From: an uncultured delta proteobacterium
GTDB taxonomy: Bacteria; Desulfobacterota; Binatia; Binatales; Binataceae
Length of the DNA: 64,000 nucleotides
Reading direction: 5' to 3'
Assembly (NCBI GenBank): GCA_963711565.1
Contig: CAVQEQ010000003.1
Location: forward strand, 640,001 to 704,000
Part shown: positions 41,837 to 49,510 of the stretch, piece after piece
How positions within the stretch are numbered: the first letter of the stretch is position 1
How the letters are laid out: each line of letters starts with the position of its first letter
The notes under the pieces: model-generated
What the model was told of the DNA's origin: nothing
Databases searched by the model: none
The model's input: the letters and a program-made list of their open reading frames with translations, nothing else
Made by a program: the position numbers and the translations under genes

Positions 41837-42433
41837 TCAAGCCTCAGGCGGAGCAGCCGGAGCCGCCGGCGCTTCAGGGGCCGGTTCCGATGAAGCCGCC
41901 GCTGGAGGCGGAGCGCCAGCGCCGTTCTTTTTTCCAATCGCGTCGATCACGCGCGCCAGGTACGAGCCCGGCTCGTTGAGCAGGCGGACTAATTGTGTCG
42001 CCGGCGCATTGAGCAACCCGAGCAACTGGCCGAAAATCACTTCCCGCGACGGCAGTTTCGACAGCGCCTCGACTTCCGCCGGGGTCAGCGCCTTGCCGTC
42101 GAGCACGGCGCCGCGCAGTTTCAGCTTGTCGCCGAGAGGCCCGAACGACGTGAAGGTCTTCGCCAGTACGACGGGATCCTCGTAACTGAGGATCAACCCG
42201 ACCTGACCGCCGAGGTTGCTGTCGAGCGCCTCGAACTTCGTGCCCTTGATCGCGTGGCGCACGAGAGTGTTCTTGGCAATGCGCATCTCGCCGCGCACCG
42301 CGCGCAGCCGCTTGCGCATCTCGGTCGATTCCGCCGCGGTCATCCCGCGGTACTCCGACACGAGCGCGATACTGGCGCGGTTGAAACTGCCCGCGAGATC
42401 TTCGACCAGCGCGGTTTTCTCTGATTTCTTCAT
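41837..42433 (-). CDS. rplJ: 50S ribosomal protein L10 with Pro/Ala tail
   Basis: YRGMT, KNTLV and LSKLPSRE. Confidence 0.97.
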   Translation of the reverse strand: MKKSEKTALVEDLAGSFNRASIALVSEYRGMTAAESTEMRKRLRAVRGEMRIAKNTLVRHAIKGTKFEALDSNLGGQVGLILSYEDPVVLAKTFTSFGPLGDKLKLRGAVLDGKALTPAEVEALSKLPSREVIFGQLLGLLNAPATQLVRLLNEPGSYLARVIDAIGKKNGAGAPPPAAASSEPAPEAPAAPAAPPEA

Positions 42434-42477
42434 TATACTGATCCAGCCCCAACGAACGAAAAACCAATCATCTTATG

Positions 42478-43191
42478 TTATGCCGCTGCCGCGAGCGCCT
42501 TGGCCGCCGCCTGCGCCGTGTCGATACGGACGCCGGGGCCCATCGTCAACGACAGGGCGAGGCTGCGAACGTAGTTGCCCTTGGCGCTGGCGGGCTTGGA
42601 GCGAACGATCGCACCGAGCAGCGCGCGCACGTTGTCTAGCAGCTTCTGATCGCCGAAACTCAGTTTGCCGACGCGCGCGTGCACGACGCCGGCCTTGTCC
42701 ACGCGATAATCGACCTTGCCGGCCTTGATTTCGGCGACGGCTTTCGCCACGTCGAAGGTGACGGTGCCGACCTTGGGATTGGGCATCAGGCCGCGGGGTC
42801 CGAGAATTTTGCCGATCCGTCCGACCTGGCCCATCATGTCGGGCGTCGCGATGACGCGGTCGAAGTCGAGCCAGTTCTCTTCCTGAATCTTTTTGATGAT
42901 CTCTTCGCCGCCGACGAAATCCGCACCCGCCTCGCGAGCCTCGCGCTCTTTCTCACCCTTGGCGACGACCAGCACGCGCGCGGTCGAGCCGGTGCCGTGC
43001 GGCAGCACGATTGTGCCGCGGACGTTCTGGTCGGCCTGGCGGGGATCGACGCCGAGCCGCACCGCAATCTCGACGGTCTCGTCGAACTTGGCGAGCTTAT
43101 TATCGACCACGAGCTTGACCGCTTCTTCGAGGGTGTAGCGCTTTTCGCGATCGATCTTTTTCAGCGCTTCCTTGTATTTCTTGCCAGCCAT
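42478..43191 (-). CDS. rplA: 50S ribosomal protein L1
   Basis: KFDETVE and [15 protein letters not shown]. Confidence 0.98.
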   Translation of the reverse strand: MAGKKYKEALKKIDREKRYTLEEAVKLVVDNKLAKFDETVEIAVRLGVDPRQADQNVRGTIVLPHGTGSTARVLVVAKGEKEREAREAGADFVGGEEIIKKIQEENWLDFDRVIATPDMMGQVGRIGKILGPRGLMPNPKVGTVTFDVAKAVAEIKAGKVDYRVDKAGVVHARVGKLSFGDQKLLDNVRALLGAIVRSKPASAKGNYVRSLALSLTMGPGVRIDTAQAAAKALAAAA

Positions 43192-43204
43192 TTTTTTCAG
43201 AGCC

Positions 43205-43630
43205 TCAGTCGGAAACTTCGATGCCCATGCTTCGCGCCGTGCCGGAGACCGTGTTGACGGCGGCGGCGAGATCGGCCGCGGTCAGATCTTTCAGTTTGGT
43301 CTTGGCGATTTCCTCGACCTGTGCGCGCGTGACCTTGCCGACTTTGTTCTTATTCGGCATCGGCGAGCCTTTTTCGATCCCCGCCGCGCGCAGCAGCAGG
43401 ATCGACGCGGGCGGGCTCTTGGTGACAAACGTGAACGAGCGGTCGGCATAGACGGTGACGATTACCGGGATGACGAGGCCGTTCATGTTCTGGGTCTGCG
43501 CGTTGAAGGCCTTGCAGAACTCCATAATATTGACGCCGCGCTGGCCCAGCGCCGGTCCCACCGGCGGCGACGGGTTGGCCGCGCCGGCCGGAATCTGCAG
43601 CTTGATCGATCCGACTACTTTCTTAGCCAT
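43205..43630 (-). CDS. rplK: 50S ribosomal protein L11
   Basis: [27 protein letters not shown]. Confidence 0.98.
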   Translation of the reverse strand: MAKKVVGSIKLQIPAGAANPSPPVGPALGQRGVNIMEFCKAFNAQTQNMNGLVIPVIVTVYADRSFTFVTKSPPASILLLRAAGIEKGSPMPNKNKVGKVTRAQVEEIAKTKLKDLTAADLAAAVNTVSGTARSMGIEVSD

Positions 43631-43731
43631 TTTTCAGTGAATCCGCTTTGTGCTCGATTTTCGACGGAAATTTCCTTAGATGTCCGCTTTGGGCAGCCTG
43701 CAGCGCGCATCAGCGATTCGATTGGTTGTCG

Positions 43732-44295
43732 TTAGGCCTTCTCTACCTGCACAAAATCGAGCTCGACCGGAGTTGCGCGGCCGAAAATCGAGATGAGAAC
43801 ACGCACTTTGCCCTTCTCCGGCTTGACTTCCTCGACGGTGCCGTTGAAGTCCTGGAACGGGCCGTCGACGACTTTGATTGCCTCGCCGACTTCGAACAGC
43901 ACTTTGGGTTTCGGGCGGAGGGCGCCCTCTTCCATCTGCTGCTCGATTTCTTGAACTTCGGACATCGGCACTTCGGGCGGGTTGGTGGAATGCCCGACGA
44001 AGCCCGTAATTTTCGGCGTATCCTTGATTACGTGCCAGGTCTCGTCGTCGAGCACCATCTGCACGAAAATATATCCGGGAAAAAATTTGCGGCTCGACAC
44101 CTTGCGCGCGCCGCCTTTGCCGAGCTCCTGCACACGCTCGATCGGGACCAGCACCTTGCCGATTTTTTCTTCCTTGTGGAGCGAGCGCACCCGCTCTTCG
44201 AGCGCGGCCTTGGCCTTGTGCTCGTAGCCCGAGTAGGTGTGGACGATATACCACTTCATCGCAGGCTTGGCGGTTTCGGTAATCGGTTCAGTCAT
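43732..44295 (-). CDS. nusG: Transcription termination/antitermination factor NusG
   Basis: WYIVHTYSGYE, FFPGYI, KOW VDGPF and IFGRATPVEL. Start at 44295 is approximate. Confidence 0.97.
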   Translation of the reverse strand: MTEPITETAKPAMKWYIVHTYSGYEHKAKAALEERVRSLHKEEKIGKVLVPIERVQELGKGGARKVSSRKFFPGYIFVQMVLDDETWHVIKDTPKITGFVGHSTNPPEVPMSEVQEIEQQMEEGALRPKPKVLFEVGEAIKVVDGPFQDFNGTVEEVKPEKGKVRVLISIFGRATPVELDFVQVEKA

Positions 44296-44331
44296 CGAAG
44301 TCAGCAGGTCCACGTCCCCGGTCGTTGTTCC

Positions 44332-44535
44332 CTAGCGGAGCAGCATCTGCACGCCGCGCACCGCGAAAAAATCGATCACTCCAAGCCACAAAGCCATCAC
44401 AAACGTCAGACCGACAACCACCACCGTGGCCTGCATGGTCTCCTTGGGCGAGGGGTAATGGACCTTGGCAAGCTCCGTCCACGCTTCTGTGACGAAACTT
44501 ACGCCCTGATTGAAGTAACTTTTCAGACTATTCAT
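44332..44535 (-). CDS. secE: Preprotein translocase SecE
   Basis: ELAKVHYPS followed by one TM helix, between tRNA-Trp and nusG. Confidence 0.93.
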   Translation of the reverse strand: MNSLKSYFNQGVSFVTEAWTELAKVHYPSPKETMQATVVVVGLTFVMALWLGVIDFFAVRGVQMLLR

Positions 44536-44589
44536 TTTTCGTGCCTAACGCAAGAACCGCTTAATTGTTTCGAAAATCATCGTAAATTT

Positions 44590-44666
44590 TGGCGGGCCAG
44601 CCAGGGGTCGAACCTGGAACCCTCGGATTTGGAGTCCGATGCTCTGCCAATTGGAGCTACTGACCC
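44590..44666 (-). tRNA. tRNA-Trp (CCA)
   Basis: GGGTCAGTAGCTCC...CT-CCA-AA...GGTTCGAC...CTGGCCCGCCA cloverleaf. Confidence 0.95.
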
Positions 44667-44729
44667 GGTTTTCAATGTACTGTCGCGCGTCGAGGTTTAG
44701 TCGACCCCGAACACATGAACCTCACACCA

Positions 44730-44885
44730 TCAGGTGACTTTTCCTTCTTTGTGTACGGTGTGGGCGCGGCATTTCGAACAGAATTTTTTGATCGCAAACT
44801 TGTCGGTCTGCGTCTTCTTGTTCTTGGTCGTCGTGTAGTTGCGCGATTTGCAGGTGTCGCACGAAAGCGAAATCAGATCTCTCAT
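44730..44885 (-). CDS. rpmG: 50S ribosomal protein L33 (Zn-binding form)
   Basis: Not in the ORF track. MRDLISLSCDTCKSRNYTTTKNKK...KFCSKCRAHTVHKEGKVT. Confidence 0.96.
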   Translation of the reverse strand: MRDLISLSCDTCKSRNYTTTKNKKTQTDKFAIKKFCSKCRAHTVHKEGKVT

Positions 44886-44960
44886 TATGATACGCCTCGA
44901 AAAAAATTAGCTCACTTCCAAAAAACTTCGTTGCGCTGAATCGTCTGCACAAATCTGGAA

Positions 44961-45033
<73 letters not shown>

Positions 45034-45083
45034 ATTTCAATTCATCACTCAACCGGCGCACGTTCGTGTTTCACTGAAAAATG

Positions 45084-45159
45084 TGGAGCGGGAAACGGGA
45101 CTCGAACCCGCGACCCCGAGCTTGGAAGGCTCGCGCTCTACCAACTGAGCTATTCCCGC
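45084..45159 (-). tRNA. tRNA-Gly (TCC)
   Basis: GCGGGAATAGCTCAG...CGAGC-CTTCCAA-GCTCG...TTCCCGCTCCA. Confidence 0.96.
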
Positions 45160-45186
45160 TCTCCCCATCCGAACCCATCATTATAC

Positions 45187-45272
45187 TGGTGGAGAGGGAA
45201 GGATTCGAACCTTCGAAGGCATAAGCCGGCAGATTTACAGTCTGCTCCCTTTGTCCACTCGGGAACCTCTCC
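45187..45272 (-). tRNA. tRNA-Tyr (GTA)
   Basis: GGAGAGGTTCCCGAG...GCAGA-CTGTAAA-TCTGC, long variable arm, ends CCTCTCCACCA. Confidence 0.96.
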
Positions 45273-45295
45273 CGCCAAGGCGATAATGCCGACCA

Positions 45296-45367
45296 AGCCG
45301 ATGGCGAGAATCGAACTCGCAACCACCTGATTACAAATCAGGTGCTCTTCCGTTGAGCTACATCGGC
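45296..45367 (-). tRNA. tRNA-Thr (TGT)
   Basis: GCCGATGTAGCTCA...CCTGA-TTTGTAA-TCAGG...CATCGGCT. No encoded CCA. Confidence 0.94.
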
Positions 45368-45393
45368 AAACAACGAAACACGTTAAGAAGGAA

Positions 45394-45422
45394 AAGCTAT
45401 TCGGCGGCGGTACGACTGTCAA
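45394..45422 (-). promoter_or_regulatory. sigma70 promoter of the tRNA-rpmG-secE-nusG operon
   Basis: TTGACA-N17-TAGCTT about 27 nt upstream of the first tRNA. Confidence 0.7.
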
Positions 45423-45658
45423 GCTGAACGGGTTTTGGGGTCTGCTTCTTGCATTGCTGTGGGCCGATTCTCGACGCCTGCGCCCGGGCCTTCCCGGTCC
45501 CACCGTGCGGGCGATCGCGCGCGAGGATTCCTGAAAAGTCCAGAGGGGCCCGCTCACGATCGCGGTTGACAATAACGGCGACAAGACTCAGCCTGAAAGT
45601 TCCCTACGTAACACCGCGATACTTGCGGCTATGCACGTCAATCGGGAACAGTGATTCT

Positions 45659-46015
45659 ATGCCGAAAGCCAAACCTACCAGCAGCACCCTGATGGATCTC
45701 GAATGGGCCCGGGTCTATGCGGACCGGATCAAGGACGAGCTGAAGCTGATCGCCAAGACGCTCTCAGACCTAAACGCGCACGCGATGCATCCGCATCTCG
45801 TCAAGGGCGCGGTGGCGTTGAAGGCGCAGATGAAAGAGGCCAGTCAGCAGGTTGGCACGATGAGAAAAATCGCGGGCCAATACGAATCCAACTGGATGAA
45901 CACGATCAAGAAGGCGCTGGCCAGGAAATATCCCGGTTTCAACGACGGTAAACCCGGGCGAGCTGCGCCGTCAACAAAAAAAACGGCGAGATCGCGGCCC
46001 GCGCGCAAATCTTAG
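45659..46015 (+). CDS. Hypothetical basic helical protein (118 aa)
   Basis: ATG at 45659, coding-like codon usage, helical core with a Lys/Arg-rich tail. Confidence 0.7.
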   Translation: MPKAKPTSSTLMDLEWARVYADRIKDELKLIAKTLSDLNAHAMHPHLVKGAVALKAQMKEASQQVGTMRKIAGQYESNWMNTIKKALARKYPGFNDGKPGRAAPSTKKTARSRPARKS

Positions 46016-47529
46016 GAGTTGCCAGGCCACCGCCCCGGGTCGGGACAGACAATCTTCTGCGCCGCCATCGGATTGGAAACCTTGGTCGGGTCGTTGCAGG
46101 CTGAGGCCGAATCGGGGTGGCCGGCGGCCTCATTTTCGATATCCGCAAGCATGCATCGGAACTCGGGATCGTTCTTGAGAAGAACGCAGCCCATGTTGAT
46201 CAGCGCCTTCACTTGATCGGACGGTAAGTCGAAGTTTGTGCCGATGCCGTAAAAATCCTGGCGCACGCGTGGATCGGGAATTGCCTCGAAGCTGAGCTCG
46301 ATCACGTACGGAACGGGGGCATGAAGTTTCAGCTTTCCTCCCGATTGTGCGCTGACCTCCTCGGCTTGCTTCAACTCGTCGGCCAACTCGTTTGTGAAAT
46401 CGACAGTGTCAAAGCTGTAGTTGTCCATCGCGATCGTTGCGGTAGCCATCGCGACCGTCGGGATGATGTGCGGCGTATGACGGCTGTTGCTGATCGTGTC
46501 GTTCGACTGCGTTCTTGCATTCACGGCGATGACTACGAGGCGGTCGATATCGGGAATGTTGCGACTGATGAAGCCGTTGCTTTGTTCGTATGCGTTGATG
46601 ATCGATCTAAGTCCTATGTTGTCCGCGAGGCCCCCGTCCATCAGATGGACGTACGGATGAGGCGTATCGACATAGGCTAGCTGGGCTTGCGACCAGTAAT
46701 AGCGGCTGCGATTGATGTAGTAGTCCTGTAACCCGGTCTGATATTCGGTCAACACAGGGAATCCTTGAAGCGGCTGATAGTTCTCCAGCGTTATAGGACT
46801 AAGCAGGAACGGAAAGGCCGAGGATGCGGCCACGGCGCGCGCAACCGGGTAAGGACCCAGGTCGGAACCTATCAAATCGAATTGATCCTGGGTGAATGGG
46901 AATCGATTACCCGAACCGATATTGGTCGCGTTGAAAATTACGAACGGACGGCGCTTCTGGCTTATCAACAGGTTGTAGCTCGAGTGATCGAACAGAGCGT
47001 CGTCGTACATATCGGCAGCCAGATCTATTCTGCTGTAGTAGGGAGACAGCAGCCAGGGCCAGTTCCATGGAGAGAGAGCCTTGAGGAGAAGGCCGCCTTC
47101 GATGTTGCGATAAAGGAAGCGGCTCTCGAAGTCCTGGAAGATCCTGTCGTGATAAAGAGCGTAGTATGCGGCAGGAAAAGACCCGCCGGAGACCGATGAG
47201 ATGCAATCCACCTCGCCCAGCAGATTTTCGCCCTTGTGCGGCCAATCGATGTGCGTTTGACGCAGCGCCAGCATCGCACCATAGGCAAGCGCGGCAGCCC
47301 GCGTGCCGCCGCCCGAGAACGCCAGGCATACAAAAAGCTTGTTCTCGTCCTTGCCGCCTGCCAGGTTTTCGAACCTATAGCCCTGACCGTCGCCACCCGC
47401 AGTGGGAAGCTGATCGGTGCGCAATTTTGTGGTCGCCGTCGCGCACGAAATTGCAGCTATCGAAAGACATAGCGAGGCGAATCGCACTATGCCGGAGCGC
47501 CAGCTTGGGAGGCACTCGACGGCGCTCAT
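46012..47529 (-). CDS. Patatin-like phospholipase, probable lipoprotein
   Basis: SGGGTRAAA oxyanion loop, SSVSGGS nucleophile elbow, DGG catalytic Asp, and signal ending AISC. Confidence 0.9.
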   Translation of the reverse strand: MSAVECLPSWRSGIVRFASLCLSIAAISCATATTKLRTDQLPTAGGDGQGYRFENLAGGKDENKLFVCLAFSGGGTRAAALAYGAMLALRQTHIDWPHKGENLLGEVDCISSVSGGSFPAAYYALYHDRIFQDFESRFLYRNIEGGLLLKALSPWNWPWLLSPYYSRIDLAADMYDDALFDHSSYNLLISQKRRPFVIFNATNIGSGNRFPFTQDQFDLIGSDLGPYPVARAVAASSAFPFLLSPITLENYQPLQGFPVLTEYQTGLQDYYINRSRYYWSQAQLAYVDTPHPYVHLMDGGLADNIGLRSIINAYEQSNGFISRNIPDIDRLVVIAVNARTQSNDTISNSRHTPHIIPTVAMATATIAMDNYSFDTVDFTNELADELKQAEEVSAQSGGKLKLHAPVPYVIELSFEAIPDPRVRQDFYGIGTNFDLPSDQVKALINMGCVLLKNDPEFRCMLADIENEAAGHPDSASACNDPTKVSNPMAAQKIVCPDPGRWPGNS

Positions 47530-47753
47530 GATTGTGTAATCTTGCTAAAATAAATTTCGCAGGGTTGGAGCACCGTCGTATTATCCAATTGGATCCCGGT
47601 AACTCCCGGCGGCGCGTAGTCCGATGGCGGCGCGAGCGAGATATCATAAGTACCGGCTTCAAGCATCAGAATTTGGTTGGTCATCCATGCTCCGGGCGCA
47701 GAATTTACTATCACGCCGCGATCTTCATCGAACCAAACAATCAGGTATTCCAC
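47526..47753 (-). CDS. Small hypothetical beta-rich protein (75 aa)
   Basis: GTG start with GGAG RBS. Stop overlaps the patatin ATG (ATGA). Confidence 0.65.
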   Translation of the reverse strand: MEYLIVWFDEDRGVIVNSAPGAWMTNQILMLEAGTYDISLAPPSDYAPPGVTGIQLDNTTVLQPCEIYFSKITQS

Positions 47754-47861
47754 GCAGGTCTCCTATCGGGCCCCATGCGATCGAACTATGCGCAAATTCC
47801 GACCTATCGGACCGACGGCTTCAATTCTAAGTGAGATTCAAGTGCGCCGGGCGGCGTCATC

Positions 47862-48347
47862 CTAGCCAGACTGGAGCATCTGCCATACTGCGCTGAAAGC
47901 CTGCTGGACGACCGCTGCGTCGATCTGATCACATTGCACATTCACTGTCGCGTCTGTGGACAGATCGCCGGAATAGGACTTGCCGTCAGGGTAAGCCACC
48001 GTCAGTCCCGCACCGCAGAGCGCATCGGTGGCCGGATCCGCCATTTGGAGATACTCCTGATTTTCCGGGCCTACCGCGATCTCGACGATTTTCGTCTTCG
48101 GCGGAATATCAGGATCTGCAACTCGTTCGATCGTGTCGAAGCCGGCAGCCACAAACCCTGCTCTTACCCGCGGAGCGTTAGCCGGATCGCATTGGACTTC
48201 CAGTGAACCGCCGTCCGCCACGTCGCCTCGCGACGGTAGACCGCCCGGGAAGGGCTGCGTTAGGCCGGCCCCGCATATTGCGGTGGCCGCAATTCCGGCG
48301 AGTTGGAGATCCATTTCTTTGTCGCGGATTACCGTAAGAATCATCAT
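47862..48347 (-). CDS. Hypothetical protein with internal two-fold repeat
   Basis: AAGGAG RBS before ATG at 48347. Two copies of CGAGLT..xP.G....GD......VQCD. Confidence 0.75.
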   Translation of the reverse strand: MMILTVIRDKEMDLQLAGIAATAICGAGLTQPFPGGLPSRGDVADGGSLEVQCDPANAPRVRAGFVAAGFDTIERVADPDIPPKTKIVEIAVGPENQEYLQMADPATDALCGAGLTVAYPDGKSYSGDLSTDATVNVQCDQIDAAVVQQAFSAVWQMLQSG

Positions 48348-48443
48348 TTTGCGACTCCTTCGCCCAGTTTGAACAGATCGGCGCCGCGCGGTGACCGTTT
48401 GTAAGAATGCCCTATCAAATGGGCAGGCGAGCGCCAATCGATA

Positions 48444-49376
48444 TCAGATGGAAGCGGGCCTGAGACCGTTTTCTAGGAAGGGAGTTTCGCGGCGGCGGGC
48501 GATTTCGAACAGCGCTACCGCGGCGGCGACCGATACGTTGAGCGAGCCGACTTTGCCGCGCATCGGGATGTCCACGACGAAGTCCGCGCCCTTCCTGACG
48601 ATGTCGCGGACGCCGCGCCCCTCGGAACCGACGATGATCGCGAGCTTGCGCGAGGTGTCGAGCGCGTAGATCGATGTCTCGCCGCCGGGCGCGAGCGCCG
48701 CGGTCCAGTAGCCCGCCTCCTTAAGTTGCTCGATCGTGCGCGCGACGTTGCCGCATCGCGCGATCTTCAAATGTATCCACGCGCCGGCCGACGACTTGAC
48801 CGCCGCGGGCGTGATGCCCGCCGTGCGGTCCTTGGCGATCACGATCGCGCCGACGCCGGCGCCTTCCGCCGATCGCATCAGCGCGCCCAGGTTGCGCGGA
48901 TCGGTGACGCCGTCAACCAGCACGATCGGGTCGGGCTGATCGGCGAGAATCTGTTCGAGCGTCATGTATTCGTACTCGCGCATCAGAGCCGCGATTCCCT
49001 GATGGCGCGCGGCCGGTCCCGCGAGCCGCTCCAAGCCGGCGTCGTCGGCGAACTCGACGCGGCCGCCGCCGGTTCTGACCAGATCGATCTCGGCTGAGAA
49101 GCGCCGCTCATCGCCGGATTTCACATAGAGCACTCGAATCGAGGCGGGCGCCGCGGCGACCAGCTCGCGGATCGGCTCGACGCCGTAAACGATCTCGCGA
49201 TCGTTGCTGCTCGTGCGACGCGGCTCGCGCGCGTCAGCGTCGGGGCGTCGATAATCGCGCGCGGGGGCCGGCGCTGGCGCGGGTTTGGGCGATGATGCAG
49301 GCGAATCCCGTCGTGGCGGACGCGGTGCGTTGCGGTTGAAGCGCGGATGGCGGTCCTTGTCGCGAAAGTCTCTCAT
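48444..49376 (-). CDS. rlmB: 23S rRNA G2251 2'-O-methyltransferase RlmB (TrmH/SpoU family)
   Basis: HQGI, DGVTDPRNLGA, GSEGRG and IPMRGKVGSLNVSVA. Likely start at 49376. Confidence 0.93.
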   Translation of the reverse strand: MRDFRDKDRHPRFNRNAPRPPRRDSPASSPKPAPAPAPARDYRRPDADAREPRRTSSNDREIVYGVEPIRELVAAAPASIRVLYVKSGDERRFSAEIDLVRTGGGRVEFADDAGLERLAGPAARHQGIAALMREYEYMTLEQILADQPDPIVLVDGVTDPRNLGALMRSAEGAGVGAIVIAKDRTAGITPAAVKSSAGAWIHLKIARCGNVARTIEQLKEAGYWTAALAPGGETSIYALDTSRKLAIIVGSEGRGVRDIVRKGADFVVDIPMRGKVGSLNVSVAAAVALFEIARRRETPFLENGLRPASI

Positions 49377-49419
49377 TGGAGGCGATAGTAGCAGAGCGGC
49401 GCGCGAGTAGCGCGCAGAA

Positions 49420-49466
49420 CGCGGGCACGGCGGCCCGCGCCACTTGGAAGGACGGCCCGCGCCACT
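49420..49466. repeat. REP-like element copy 2 plus a partial tandem copy
   Basis: CGCGGGCACGGCGGCCCGCGCCACTT, then CGGCCCGCGCCACT again at 49453-49466. Confidence 0.75.
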
Positions 49467-49510
49467 GGAAAGAAATCCCCCGCCGCTGGGAAGGAGTTTC
49501 AATCTCGCGT

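Noticed and set aside
42434-42477. L10 leader RNA before rplJ
   Set aside because: The spacer is only 44 nt and has no recognisable leader structure.
45368-48440. tRNA-anchored integrative element
   Set aside because: No integrase and no duplicated tRNA 3' end (att) were found, and the block lies on the 5' side of the tRNAs.
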